From the NCBI GenBank assembly GCA_963674945.2, contig CAXXWQ010000004.1, positions 3,008,001 through 3,072,000 on the forward strand: a DNA stretch of 64,000 nt. Reading direction: 5' to 3'. Source of the DNA: an uncultured Desulfosarcina sp. (GTDB lineage Bacteria > Desulfobacterota > Desulfobacteria > Desulfobacterales > Desulfosarcinaceae). The notes below the pieces were generated by a model. It made no database searches. It was not told the origin of the DNA and was given only the letters and a program-made list of their open reading frames with translations. The stretch's first letter is position 1; each line of letters opens with the position of its first letter. Positions 27,799 through 36,728 of the stretch are shown one piece after another. The translations under genes were made by a program, and so were the position numbers.

Positions 27799-29004
27799 TC
27801 AAACGATGGCGCAATCTCCGTTTTTACCTCTTTCGCCGACCGGCAGCGAGTGGTTTCCCCCCGATTGCCCTTTCCCATCGCCTTTTTTGATTCGGTCGGC
27901 GAATACAGCCCCCCTCTTGCGCAAGGGTGTTTCCAAAAATCTGTAATTCAAGTCGCTTAAGAAAAACAAGGCCGCCAGCGCGATGATCAGGACAAGAACC
28001 GGGTTCGGGGACTGGATGTTTGCGCGATGCAAGGTTTCCCGTACCCCGAAAAAAAGGGGAATATGGATTAAATAGATGGCATAGGAACGACTGCCCACCC
28101 AGCACAATAGTTTCCGCAAAGGAGAAAACGACAGAATATACCCCCTGTCATAGGAGGCAAGCCAGACCAACAGTGTGGATATCAATGCCACCATGCCGAT
28201 GGGCTGCGGGACAATCCTCAACTCTGCAGAGGGCATGCACACCAATCCCGTCAGAAGCAACGCAAGTACGCCGAGTGCGGTTACAGGCGATTTTTTCAAG
28301 GGTGCCGGTTCAAACAATCGATAGCTTTCCGTTCGCGTCCACAGGGCCAGCAAGATACCCAGCAAAATGGCGTCCGTGCGAAACGCCATCAACAACAAAG
28401 ATCGTTGGATAAAGAATTGGAGGGCCACTCCAATGGCAAACAAGGGTGGCAGCCACCGGCGGAAAAGGAGAATGGCAAACGGAAACAAAAGATAAAACTG
28501 CTCTTCCAACGAAAGGCTCCAGTATACGAAGCTGGCACCATAAAAATGATTTCCAAATACATGGGCAAAACGAACGTTGGCCACATTGAAAATACCGGCC
28601 AGTGTAGCGGCAAAATTCGTCCGAAAGCTTCCGAATACTCCGGAATCATTGTAAAAAACAGAACATGTGAGGATGACCAGCAACCAGATCCAGGAGGAGG
28701 GCAACAAGCGATAGGCCCGACGGATCCAAAAGGAAAGTGACGTTCGCCAGAACGCCGGGCGTTCGATGCCTGCCGGCAGTTGCGGCATGAGGGATCGGGC
28801 GATGACGAAGCCGGATATGGCAAAAAAAAGATCGACGCCCACCCACCCGTTAAAATAGTCGTAAAAACGGATTATTATGGGGGATGTGAACTTGATCAAG
28901 CTTCCGTTGATGTGGTGAAAAACAACAAACAATACGGCAAACGCGCGCAGCACCTCGATACAATCGATCCGATTCCCATGGTTGTTGTTTCGCGTATGGG
29001 TCAT
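27799..29004 (-). CDS. Acyltransferase-3 (OafA-like O-acyltransferase)
   Basis: IEVLRAFAVLFV..HH, GVDLFFAISGFVI, RRAYRLLP, YWSLSLEEQFY, GSRSYAIYLIH. Confidence 0.9.
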   Translation of the reverse strand: MTHTRNNNHGNRIDCIEVLRAFAVLFVVFHHINGSLIKFTSPIIIRFYDYFNGWVGVDLFFAISGFVIARSLMPQLPAGIERPAFWRTSLSFWIRRAYRLLPSSWIWLLVILTCSVFYNDSGVFGSFRTNFAATLAGIFNVANVRFAHVFGNHFYGASFVYWSLSLEEQFYLLFPFAILLFRRWLPPLFAIGVALQFFIQRSLLLMAFRTDAILLGILLALWTRTESYRLFEPAPLKKSPVTALGVLALLLTGLVCMPSAELRIVPQPIGMVALISTLLVWLASYDRGYILSFSPLRKLLCWVGSRSYAIYLIHIPLFFGVRETLHRANIQSPNPVLVLIIALAALFFLSDLNYRFLETPLRKRGAVFADRIKKGDGKGQSGGNHSLPVGERGKNGDCAIV

Positions 29005-29006
29005 GC

Positions 29007-29849
29007 TCAGGGCTTTCTGGCAATGATCAGTTGGGTTTTCGGCATAAAATCATCCAGGGCCCGCTTGATTCGAGGACCGTCTTCACTTTCCAGCAGCAAG
29101 GACCAGGTGGTCGTCCACGATTGCAGCAATGGATGCCATGGCGGTGATATCTCTTGCCCACAGGCCCAGAAAAAGACCCACCACATGGACCAGTAAAACC
29201 CGAAACGCTCTCGCTGCTGAATGTCAAGCCCTGCCGATTCGACCAATCCTGCAAATCCATCCCGTTCCAATATGCGGACATGGTTGGGTTTTTTAAAATA
29301 TTCGTCCGGCGCCAGGTTGTTTTTCTGCAGCTTCTCGATCACTGGGTCGGGGGCGGTAATCAGGAAGAGGGCGCCTGGTCTGGCGACCCGCACCAATTCT
29401 GCTAAAAACCGCTTGGGATTATCGACATGCTCAATTACCTCCAACGAGATCACCTTGTCAACCGTCCCGCTTTCCAATGGCAATGCATCGCAGTTGCTGA
29501 CGAAGGAAGAGGTCCGCAGGGAAGGCGTCTTTTTCAAGGCGTTGCGCGTCGCCGAAACCTTGGTCCGATCGATATCGGTAAAGAGCACATGGGCCCCTTG
29601 CGTAGCACAGAATCGGGAAAATGGCGCATCCCCACAGCCCACGTCCAGGACCGTATCCCCCCTGTCGATGGGAAATCCGGTAAACAGTTCACCGGTCTCG
29701 GCTTGAAACCATCCGGAGAGGGCCGTATCCAGCGGGACACCGAAACCGCCTGATGCCGACTGTGAAACCGGTCGCTCCACATGGTTCTCTTTCCCGGCAA
29801 AAAGGCGACGCATCCCCCGCCGAAAGAGGCGCTGGATTCTGGAAAACAT
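29007..29849 (-). CDS. Class I SAM-dependent methyltransferase
   Basis: VLDVGCGD, LEVIEHV, ELVRVARPG. Confidence 0.88.
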   Translation of the reverse strand: MFSRIQRLFRRGMRRLFAGKENHVERPVSQSASGGFGVPLDTALSGWFQAETGELFTGFPIDRGDTVLDVGCGDAPFSRFCATQGAHVLFTDIDRTKVSATRNALKKTPSLRTSSFVSNCDALPLESGTVDKVISLEVIEHVDNPKRFLAELVRVARPGALFLITAPDPVIEKLQKNNLAPDEYFKKPNHVRILERDGFAGLVESAGLDIQQRERFGFYWSMWWVFFWACGQEISPPWHPLLQSWTTTWSLLLESEDGPRIKRALDDFMPKTQLIIARKP

Positions 29850-29948
29850 GGAACTCTCCTTGTCCTTGCACAAACGAAACCCGTATCGTAGGAAAAAAAC
29901 GGTGAGACCGCCGCTGGCCGGTTCCCGGCCCTCACCAAAGAGATCCTT

Positions 29949-30812
29949 CTATTCGGGCTTTCTGGCGATCACCGCCTGAGATTTGGGCAACTCACGATTA
30001 AACGAATCCAACATGGGTTGAACATCCGGAAGCTTCAGGATTTCATCCCAGGTCTTGGCCCAATTCATCAAAGCGCCATGATAGGGCGGTTTACTGATCC
30101 TCTCCATGATTTCTCCTTGCACTTCATGGGCGTTGAGACACCAGTAGATGGACATCCACATCACCCAGTAAAAACCCCAGGTGGTATAAGATTCGACGAC
30201 CATCCCCGCGGACTCCACGAGATCGAGTAGCCGCTTTTTATCGAATACTTGAATATGGTTCGGCGGCGTGAAATAATTGCTGCTGGCAAAGGGTTTTTGC
30301 AGTAATTCGCTGCGATGACCCGGGACGGAGATCAGGTATTGGGCGCCGGGTTTGCCCACACGATACAGCTCTTTTACAATCGCCGCCGGATCCTCGGTAT
30401 GCTCGAGCATATCCATGGCCAACACCTTGGTCGCATATCCGTCGGGGATGGGCAGGGGAAGGGAGTCGCTGACATATGCCTCCACTTTTCTTGCAGGGGA
30501 TCGTTGGGCTTTTTCCTTTAAATGCTCGATTTTTCTCGGATTCACATCCGTGAAGACCACATGGGCACCTTGATTGGCACAAAACAGGATCGACAGCCCC
30601 TCTCCACACCCCACGTCCAGCACGGTGTCCTGGGGCTCGATGGGAAAGCCCTTTAGAAGCTCCCCGGTTTCCCGCTGATACCAGCCACTGTTGACCGCAT
30701 CCCGATAGCCGACGACGCGGGGATCCACCCCTTGGAGGGAATCCTTTGCCGTCTCCTTTTCCTCCCGTGCAGAGCCCGTTCGGGAAAACAATTTTCGAAA
30801 CATATTCTGCAT
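29949..30812 (-). CDS. Class I SAM-dependent methyltransferase (tandem paralog)
   Basis: VLDVGCGE, DMLEHT, ELYRVGKPG; shares GWxQxETGELxxGFPI with its neighbour. Confidence 0.88.
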   Translation of the reverse strand: MQNMFRKLFSRTGSAREEKETAKDSLQGVDPRVVGYRDAVNSGWYQRETGELLKGFPIEPQDTVLDVGCGEGLSILFCANQGAHVVFTDVNPRKIEHLKEKAQRSPARKVEAYVSDSLPLPIPDGYATKVLAMDMLEHTEDPAAIVKELYRVGKPGAQYLISVPGHRSELLQKPFASSNYFTPPNHIQVFDKKRLLDLVESAGMVVESYTTWGFYWVMWMSIYWCLNAHEVQGEIMERISKPPYHGALMNWAKTWDEILKLPDVQPMLDSFNRELPKSQAVIARKPE

Positions 30813-30813
30813 G

Positions 30814-31776
30814 TTATCCTCGCGAACGGTGGGTCGGCTGGCACAGGGCATGGAACCTGGGCCAGCAGCCGGCGGTTTTCCCAAACTCTTCGAGAAAGCG
30901 TCCGATTTCTTGTGCCAGCCGATTTTTCACCAGCGTTTTCGCCGATTCACTCCAATGGATCGGTTTGGTAAACGGTCTCCGAAGGCCCAGTTTTTTGGCA
31001 ACGCTGTCCTGATTGTTGATACTGACCCAGCTCAAGGGAGGACCGATGATGGGATTGTTTCTCATCCAACGAAAAAGCTTGGTGTCATACAACTTTTCTC
31101 CTCCGCGATTCAGATGAGGCAGGTCATCCTTTTCGAATTTGTGCTTACCGACGCCAAGAAATTCATAGCACCGGCTGGCCACCGCCTGCGCGTCTGTTTT
31201 CAAATCTTCCATGAAAATTACCAGTATATTATCCTTGCCAAACCGTTCGCGGTGGGTCTGCATGCGGGAATAGTAGGCGGTGTCCTCCAACAGTTGCGGC
31301 ATTTCCACGAGGGCGTCCTCCAGTTGAAACGGCGTATCGAGCCCGAACTTGGGTGCACTGTTGTGCATTTCCCGAAAACTCGACTCGATCCGATCCAGCG
31401 GATCCCTTGCGATAAAAATCAGTTTCGCTTTTGGGTTGTTCTCGAACATCTCGCAGCTGGCCCTGGTTTCCATGAAGATGCTGCTGTAAAATGTGGTGCA
31501 ATCGCCTTTTATCTGGTGGGATGCCGCCTTTTCATAGAGGCTGTCGAACCAGGCCGTCCTTTTTTCCTCGGGAGCCGATCCGAAATACTGCGGTTCCTTA
31601 TAATCGGGGATGAAAATATCAGGGTGGTGGTTCAAAACCGCGAAAAGGGTCGTCGTTCCACATTTGCTAAACCCCGGCACGAAGAAATCGATCCTGGTCT
31701 TCTCTGAAGGCGTATTGTGTTTGGGTATCACGGGTAGCGCATTCTCTACTATTTTCAATTTGTTCCTCGGAAACAA
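30814..31776 (-). CDS. PAPS-dependent sulfotransferase
   Basis: DFFVPGFSKCGTTTL, KEPQYF, IARDPLDRIES. Start uncertain (TTG). Confidence 0.85.
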   Translation of the reverse strand: MFPRNKLKIVENALPVIPKHNTPSEKTRIDFFVPGFSKCGTTTLFAVLNHHPDIFIPDYKEPQYFGSAPEEKRTAWFDSLYEKAASHQIKGDCTTFYSSIFMETRASCEMFENNPKAKLIFIARDPLDRIESSFREMHNSAPKFGLDTPFQLEDALVEMPQLLEDTAYYSRMQTHRERFGKDNILVIFMEDLKTDAQAVASRCYEFLGVGKHKFEKDDLPHLNRGGEKLYDTKLFRWMRNNPIIGPPLSWVSINNQDSVAKKLGLRRPFTKPIHWSESAKTLVKNRLAQEIGRFLEEFGKTAGCWPRFHALCQPTHRSRG

Positions 31777-31795
31777 AGCGTTGGCCGAACTGTCG

Positions 31796-32776
31796 TCATG
31801 CTCGGTTTTTCTCTACCCATTCCAATTCAGCACGTACCATCAAGCGCGCGACATCATCGAGCGAATGGCGGGATACCCAGCCGAGTTTTTCCTTGGCCTT
31901 GGCAGGATTGCTTCGGGACACCAAAATATCGGTGGGTCGGTAATACTCCGGTTTGAGGATGACGTGATCCTGCCAATGCAGGCCCAGTTGGGAAAATACC
32001 AGTTTGATAAATGTCTTCAGGCTGTGGGTATTTCCCGTTGAAATGATAAAATCTTCCGGTTCTTCCTGTTGAACGATCAGCCAAATCGCCTCTACATAGT
32101 CCGGCGCCCATCCCCAGTCCCGCTGAATGTCGATGTTTCCCAATTCCAGTTTGTCTTGCTTTCCTGCGGCGATCCGGCAGGCACCCATGACAATCTTCTG
32201 GGTCACGAACCGGGAAGGACGCAATGGGGACTCATGATTGAAAAGAATACCGGAGCTGGTGAAAAGACCATAGGCTTCCCGATAGTTGGCGGTCTGCCAG
32301 AATGCGGCTGCTTTGGCCACCGCATATGGGCTGCGAGGCCGAAAGGGAGTCGCCTCCGTTGCCGCGTCTCCGTTGGTATTTCCGAAACATTCACTGGAAG
32401 AGGCGTTAAACAGCCGCGTATTGAGCTTAAGGAAACGAAGGGCTTCCAACAGATTCAAGGTTCCGAGGGTTATGCTTTCGAAGGTTTCTACCGGCTGCTC
32501 GAAGGAGAGACCCACGGAGGTCTGCCCAGCCAGGTTATAGATTTCGTCCGGCGCGATTTTGCTGAGAACCTGAATCACGCTTCTGAAATCGTTCAGACTC
32601 ATGGAGGTAACCTCGACCCGGTCTCGAACGCCCAACCGATGAAGGTTGTGAAATCTGGAGACCTGGGCGTCGCGTGAGGATCCCCACACCGTGTACCCTT
32701 TTTCCAACAGAAATTTGGATAAGTAGGCTCCGTCCTGGCCGGAAACACCGATAATCAGCGCTTTTCTATTTTTCAT
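31796..32776 (-). CDS. gmd: GDP-mannose 4,6-dehydratase
   Basis: GVSGQDGAYL, NLAGQTSV, ASSSECFG, PRSPYAVAK, LFNHESPLR, RDWGWAPDYVEA. Confidence 0.9.
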   Translation of the reverse strand: MKNRKALIIGVSGQDGAYLSKFLLEKGYTVWGSSRDAQVSRFHNLHRLGVRDRVEVTSMSLNDFRSVIQVLSKIAPDEIYNLAGQTSVGLSFEQPVETFESITLGTLNLLEALRFLKLNTRLFNASSSECFGNTNGDAATEATPFRPRSPYAVAKAAAFWQTANYREAYGLFTSSGILFNHESPLRPSRFVTQKIVMGACRIAAGKQDKLELGNIDIQRDWGWAPDYVEAIWLIVQQEEPEDFIISTGNTHSLKTFIKLVFSQLGLHWQDHVILKPEYYRPTDILVSRSNPAKAKEKLGWVSRHSLDDVARLMVRAELEWVEKNRA

Positions 32777-32961
32777 AAACAGTTATATCTCCCAATGAGA
32801 ATTGTTTATTATAAAAAGTTGTACATAGTGTGTCAATAAACGCATGGGCACATGATGTTGTGTAAGATGAATCCAAAACGATGAAGGCCTTGACCGTTTA
32901 AGGCCATTGGGATACGTAACAGCAAAAATTGATCGATATATTTGAGTTATGCAATAGGCAT

Positions 32962-32998
32962 CAGCCACCCAGGCTCAACGTGGGTGGCTGTTTTTTTT
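32962..32998 (+). terminator. Intrinsic terminator-like hairpin upstream of pabA
   Basis: CAGCCACCCA-ggctcaacg-TGGGTGGCTG followed by T8. Confidence 0.7.
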
Positions 32999-33026
32999 AC
33001 GAAGCCGTCAAAGAAGGAGATGTACT

Positions 33027-33695
33027 GTGGTGACGCTTCTGGTAATCGATAATTACGACTCATTTACCTATAACCTGGTGCAGATGTTCATGGGCTATGA
33101 TCTTTCCATCCAGGTGTTCCGTAGTGATTGTATCTCCCTTGATCGGATCAAAGATCTGTCACCGGACTATCTGCTGGTCAGTCCCGGCCCCAAAGACCCG
33201 GAACATGCCGGTATCTCCAAGGCGCTCATCCAAACATTTTACAAGGTAATCCCCATCTTGGGTGTCTGCCTGGGCATGCAGTGCATCAACGAGGTGTTTG
33301 GCGGACGGACAATCCGATCGACGGCGCCCATGCATGGAAAAACCAGTCCGGTGGTTCATGACCAGGAGATGCTTTTTTATGGGATCCCCTCTCCTTTTGC
33401 AGCTGCCCGGTATCACTCCCTAGTGGTTCAGCCTTCGCATTCGGCCCTTGCCCGATCCCTTTGCGTGACCGGTCGCACCGCTGACGGCACGATCATGGGG
33501 CTGTCCCACAGGCACTACCCCCTCCATGGGGTGCAGTTTCATCCGGAGAGTTTCATGACCGAATATGGATTTCCGATCATCGAAAATTTCCTACGTTTGG
33601 GCCCCCTTGGTGCCTCTTTGCCGACAGACAGTTCCGGCAAGACACGAAAAGCCACCCAATCCAAGGGGACGATAACGGAGGCGGCACTTTGCTGA
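33027..33695 (+). CDS. pabA: Aminodeoxychorismate/anthranilate synthase glutamine amidotransferase component II
   Basis: IDNYDSFTYNL, SPGP, GVCLGMQ, RYHSL, QFHPES; adjacent to pabB. Confidence 0.85.
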   Translation: MVTLLVIDNYDSFTYNLVQMFMGYDLSIQVFRSDCISLDRIKDLSPDYLLVSPGPKDPEHAGISKALIQTFYKVIPILGVCLGMQCINEVFGGRTIRSTAPMHGKTSPVVHDQEMLFYGIPSPFAAARYHSLVVQPSHSALARSLCVTGRTADGTIMGLSHRHYPLHGVQFHPESFMTEYGFPIIENFLRLGPLGASLPTDSSGKTRKATQSKGTITEAALC

Positions 33696-35968
33696 ACCGG
33701 CTGGCGGACCGATTGGACGGCATCGAAGAGGTCCGAACCCGGACCGTTCATCTGCAAGAACCCTTTTCGGATATGGGTGCCCGCTTTGCCGGCGAGCCGG
33801 GCAGTGTCGTCCTGCTGAGCGGCGGGGATCTGGATTGTGCCCGCCACCACATTCTGGCCATCCGCCCCTGGATGACCATCGCCGGGTGGCGGGACAGGAC
33901 GATTGTCACCCTTGACGGCGAGGAGCTGACCTTTTCCCATCCACCACTGGACGTGTTGGAAACGGTCCTGGACCGTTGTCATCTTCCCGTGGCGCAAGAG
34001 CAAGGACCCATTTGTGCCGGACTCTTCGGATACCTGGCCTATGACCTGAAAGACACCTTGGAGGTTCTGCCCCGAACCACCATCGACCCCTTGAACCTGC
34101 CCCATCTGTTTTTGGTGGCACCGTCGCTGATCGTGGTCCGGGACAAGACCAGTGGAACCACGGTGGTACACGCGCCCGTTCGCCGGGGGCATCCTATGGA
34201 AGCGGCCGAAGCCGCCATCGATGGATTCCTCCAACGCCTGAAGGACCCGTTGCCCGTGTCCGGCGGTTTTTCCGTGATGGGGGCGGCACCAAAATCCAAT
34301 TTCACCCGGGACGCGTACCTCGCTTCCGTGCAACGGATCCGGGAATACATCGCAGCCGGTGACGTCTATCAGGTCAACCTCTCCCAGCGGTTCGAGACGG
34401 GCTTCCACGGAGATGGGTACGACCTTTTCCGGACCCTGTACAGGATGAATCCCGCCCCTTTTTTCGCCTTTGTTCACGCCGGCGACCACCAGATCGTCTC
34501 CACTTCACCCGAACGGTTTCTTTGTCAAAGGGGGCGACGGGTGGAGACCCGTCCCATCAAGGGCACACGACCCAGGGGCAAGACGGAGCAGGAGGATCGG
34601 GCGATGCGGGCGGATTTGATCCAAAGTCCAAAGGATGCCGCAGAGCTGTCCATGATCGTGGACCTGCTTCGAAACGACATCGGTAAGGTGTGCGCAGGCG
34701 GATCGGTGGCGGTCTCGGCCCATAAGCGATTGGAAGCCTATCAGAACGTCCATCACCTGGTATCCGATGTCACGGGGACCCTGGCGAAAGGGAGGAGCAC
34801 CGTGGATCTGATCCGGGCCACCTTTCCCGGCGGCTCCATCACCGGCTGCCCCAAGATTCGTTCCATGGAGATCATCGACGAGTTGGAAACCCACTGCCGC
34901 CATATCTACACCGGTTCCATCGGATACATCGGATTCGATGACACCATGGATCTCTCCATCGCCATCCGCACGGCGACCATCGCAGGAGATCGCCTCGTTT
35001 TTTCCGTCGGAGGCGGCATCGTTTTCGATTCCGATCCCGAGGACGAATACGACGAGACCCTTCACAAGGGCCAGACCCTCATGAAAGCCCTTACGGCAAA
35101 AGGATCGGACCTTTCGGAAGATGGGGCGGAAAAACCATGGGTATGGCAGGATGGCCGTCTGATTCCCCTCGAAGCGGCATCGGTTTCGGCCGCCGACCTG
35201 GGATTGCAGTACGGATTCGGCTTTTTCGAAACGATTCGGGTGGAAAAGGGATCGATCTGCCGACTCGATGCCCATATCCTTCGGTTCGACCGGGCGTGGA
35301 AGAATCTTTTTCCCGGGCCGCCGCCCGATGTGACCTGGAAGGAGATCATCGGGCAGGTGATCGAGAAAAACCGGCTGACCGATACCGTCGCGGCAGTCAA
35401 GATTCTCGCCACCCGGGGAGACGGTAACGGCGGGCGTACCAACGGCACCCTGGTGGTTTTGGCCCGGTCCTATCGCCATCGTCTGGCGGTTCTGGGATCG
35501 ACCGGTTTGAGACTGGCCACCTACCCCAAACCGCGCCAGACCCCGTTGGCGGACCATAAAACATTGAATTATCTCTACTACCACCTGGCCGGTCTCTGGG
35601 CACGGGCCCAGGGTGCCGACGAGGCGGTCATCCTCAATCCCGACGGCACCCTTTCCGAGACCAACACGGCCAGTATCCTGGTGGTATCGGAAAGAGGTGT
35701 CCGGGTTCCCCACTCGCCCCACGTTCTCGACGGTACGATGCAACAGGCAGTGGTAAGACGCCTGGAAGCCATGGGGTATACCATCGAGACGAAACCGATG
35801 CTCCCGGCGGACATCTCGGATACGGACATGGTTCTTCTCACCAACAGCCTCATGGGTGCCGTGCCTGCCCTCTCTTTGGATGAACGGCAACTGACTTTCG
35901 ATGCTTCGCTTTTGGACTCAATCAATGAGGAAACACGGCAAAGAGACAAGCCCGCCTGCGATACGTAG
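33689..35968 (+). CDS. pabB: Aminodeoxychorismate synthase component I fused to a class IV PLP aminotransferase (ADC lyase, PabC-like)
   Basis: YQVNLSQRF, SPERFL, PIKGT (PabB signature), FPGGSITGCPK; then YGFGFFETI, HKTLNY, LDGTM, TNSL. Confidence 0.88.
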   Translation: MLNRLADRLDGIEEVRTRTVHLQEPFSDMGARFAGEPGSVVLLSGGDLDCARHHILAIRPWMTIAGWRDRTIVTLDGEELTFSHPPLDVLETVLDRCHLPVAQEQGPICAGLFGYLAYDLKDTLEVLPRTTIDPLNLPHLFLVAPSLIVVRDKTSGTTVVHAPVRRGHPMEAAEAAIDGFLQRLKDPLPVSGGFSVMGAAPKSNFTRDAYLASVQRIREYIAAGDVYQVNLSQRFETGFHGDGYDLFRTLYRMNPAPFFAFVHAGDHQIVSTSPERFLCQRGRRVETRPIKGTRPRGKTEQEDRAMRADLIQSPKDAAELSMIVDLLRNDIGKVCAGGSVAVSAHKRLEAYQNVHHLVSDVTGTLAKGRSTVDLIRATFPGGSITGCPKIRSMEIIDELETHCRHIYTGSIGYIGFDDTMDLSIAIRTATIAGDRLVFSVGGGIVFDSDPEDEYDETLHKGQTLMKALTAKGSDLSEDGAEKPWVWQDGRLIPLEAASVSAADLGLQYGFGFFETIRVEKGSICRLDAHILRFDRAWKNLFPGPPPDVTWKEIIGQVIEKNRLTDTVAAVKILATRGDGNGGRTNGTLVVLARSYRHRLAVLGSTGLRLATYPKPRQTPLADHKTLNYLYYHLAGLWARAQGADEAVILNPDGTLSETNTASILVVSERGVRVPHSPHVLDGTMQQAVVRRLEAMGYTIETKPMLPADISDTDMVLLTNSLMGAVPALSLDERQLTFDASLLDSINEETRQRDKPACDT

Positions 35969-36039
35969 ATGGTTTTTCAATTGGATGGTAATTCCAGGCC
36001 GGGTGTAACCGGTTGATAAGACATTACAGAAGGCGCCGA

Positions 36040-36654
36040 ATGAAAAAAAAGAAAGCTCGTCTGGATACTCTCGATGGGGTCTTGGAAGATGCCTGGAAGA
36101 TGCTCTTGCGGGGGGCCAAGCGTTCCGATGATCCGTTTCACTGTCCGGTGCTGGGGAGTACGGGGCAGCATGGCTGCAACCTGCGCACGGTGATTCTCAG
36201 GCAGGTTCTTGTTCCCAAGAGGATGCTGGTTTGTCATACGGATGCCAGAGCGCCCAAGGCCGATGAGATTCAAGTATCCGAACGGATCGCTTGGCTCTTT
36301 TACCACCCCAAAAAAAAGGTGCAACTCAGGATTTACGGAAAGGCGACGCTGCATCGGGACGATTCCATGGCCGATGAGCAATGGGCCGCCTCCGGTATAA
36401 CGAGCCGACTCAATTACGCCGCCCGCCAGCCTCCAGGCACGCCGGTGGCGCATCCCACCTCGGGTTTGCCCGATATCTTGCGGAACAAGGTCCCCTCCCT
36501 GCTGGAAAGCGAGACGGTGCGCCCACATTTCATGGCGATTGCCTGTCACTTCGACGCCATGGACTGGCTTCGGCTGAGCCTTATGGGAAACCGGCGGGCC
36601 CGGTTTGCCTGGGATGATAAAGACGGTTTGCAGGCTACCTGGTTGGTTCCCTGA
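36040..36654 (+). CDS. Pyridoxamine 5'-phosphate oxidase-like FMN-binding protein
   Basis: RTVILR, HTDARAPK, LFYHPKKKVQLRI, DWLRL..RRARF. Confidence 0.8.
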   Translation: MKKKKARLDTLDGVLEDAWKMLLRGAKRSDDPFHCPVLGSTGQHGCNLRTVILRQVLVPKRMLVCHTDARAPKADEIQVSERIAWLFYHPKKKVQLRIYGKATLHRDDSMADEQWAASGITSRLNYAARQPPGTPVAHPTSGLPDILRNKVPSLLESETVRPHFMAIACHFDAMDWLRLSLMGNRRARFAWDDKDGLQATWLVP

Positions 36655-36728
36655 TTGCTGGGGGAACATTCGTGACGGCGGAAGGAGAAAAAGACAGATC
36701 GGAAAACCCACAATAATAGAATTAAAGT

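Noticed and set aside
34505..35890. Long antisense ORFs over pabB-pabC (also 33539-34489)
   Set aside because: GC-rich shadow frames with no recognisable domain.
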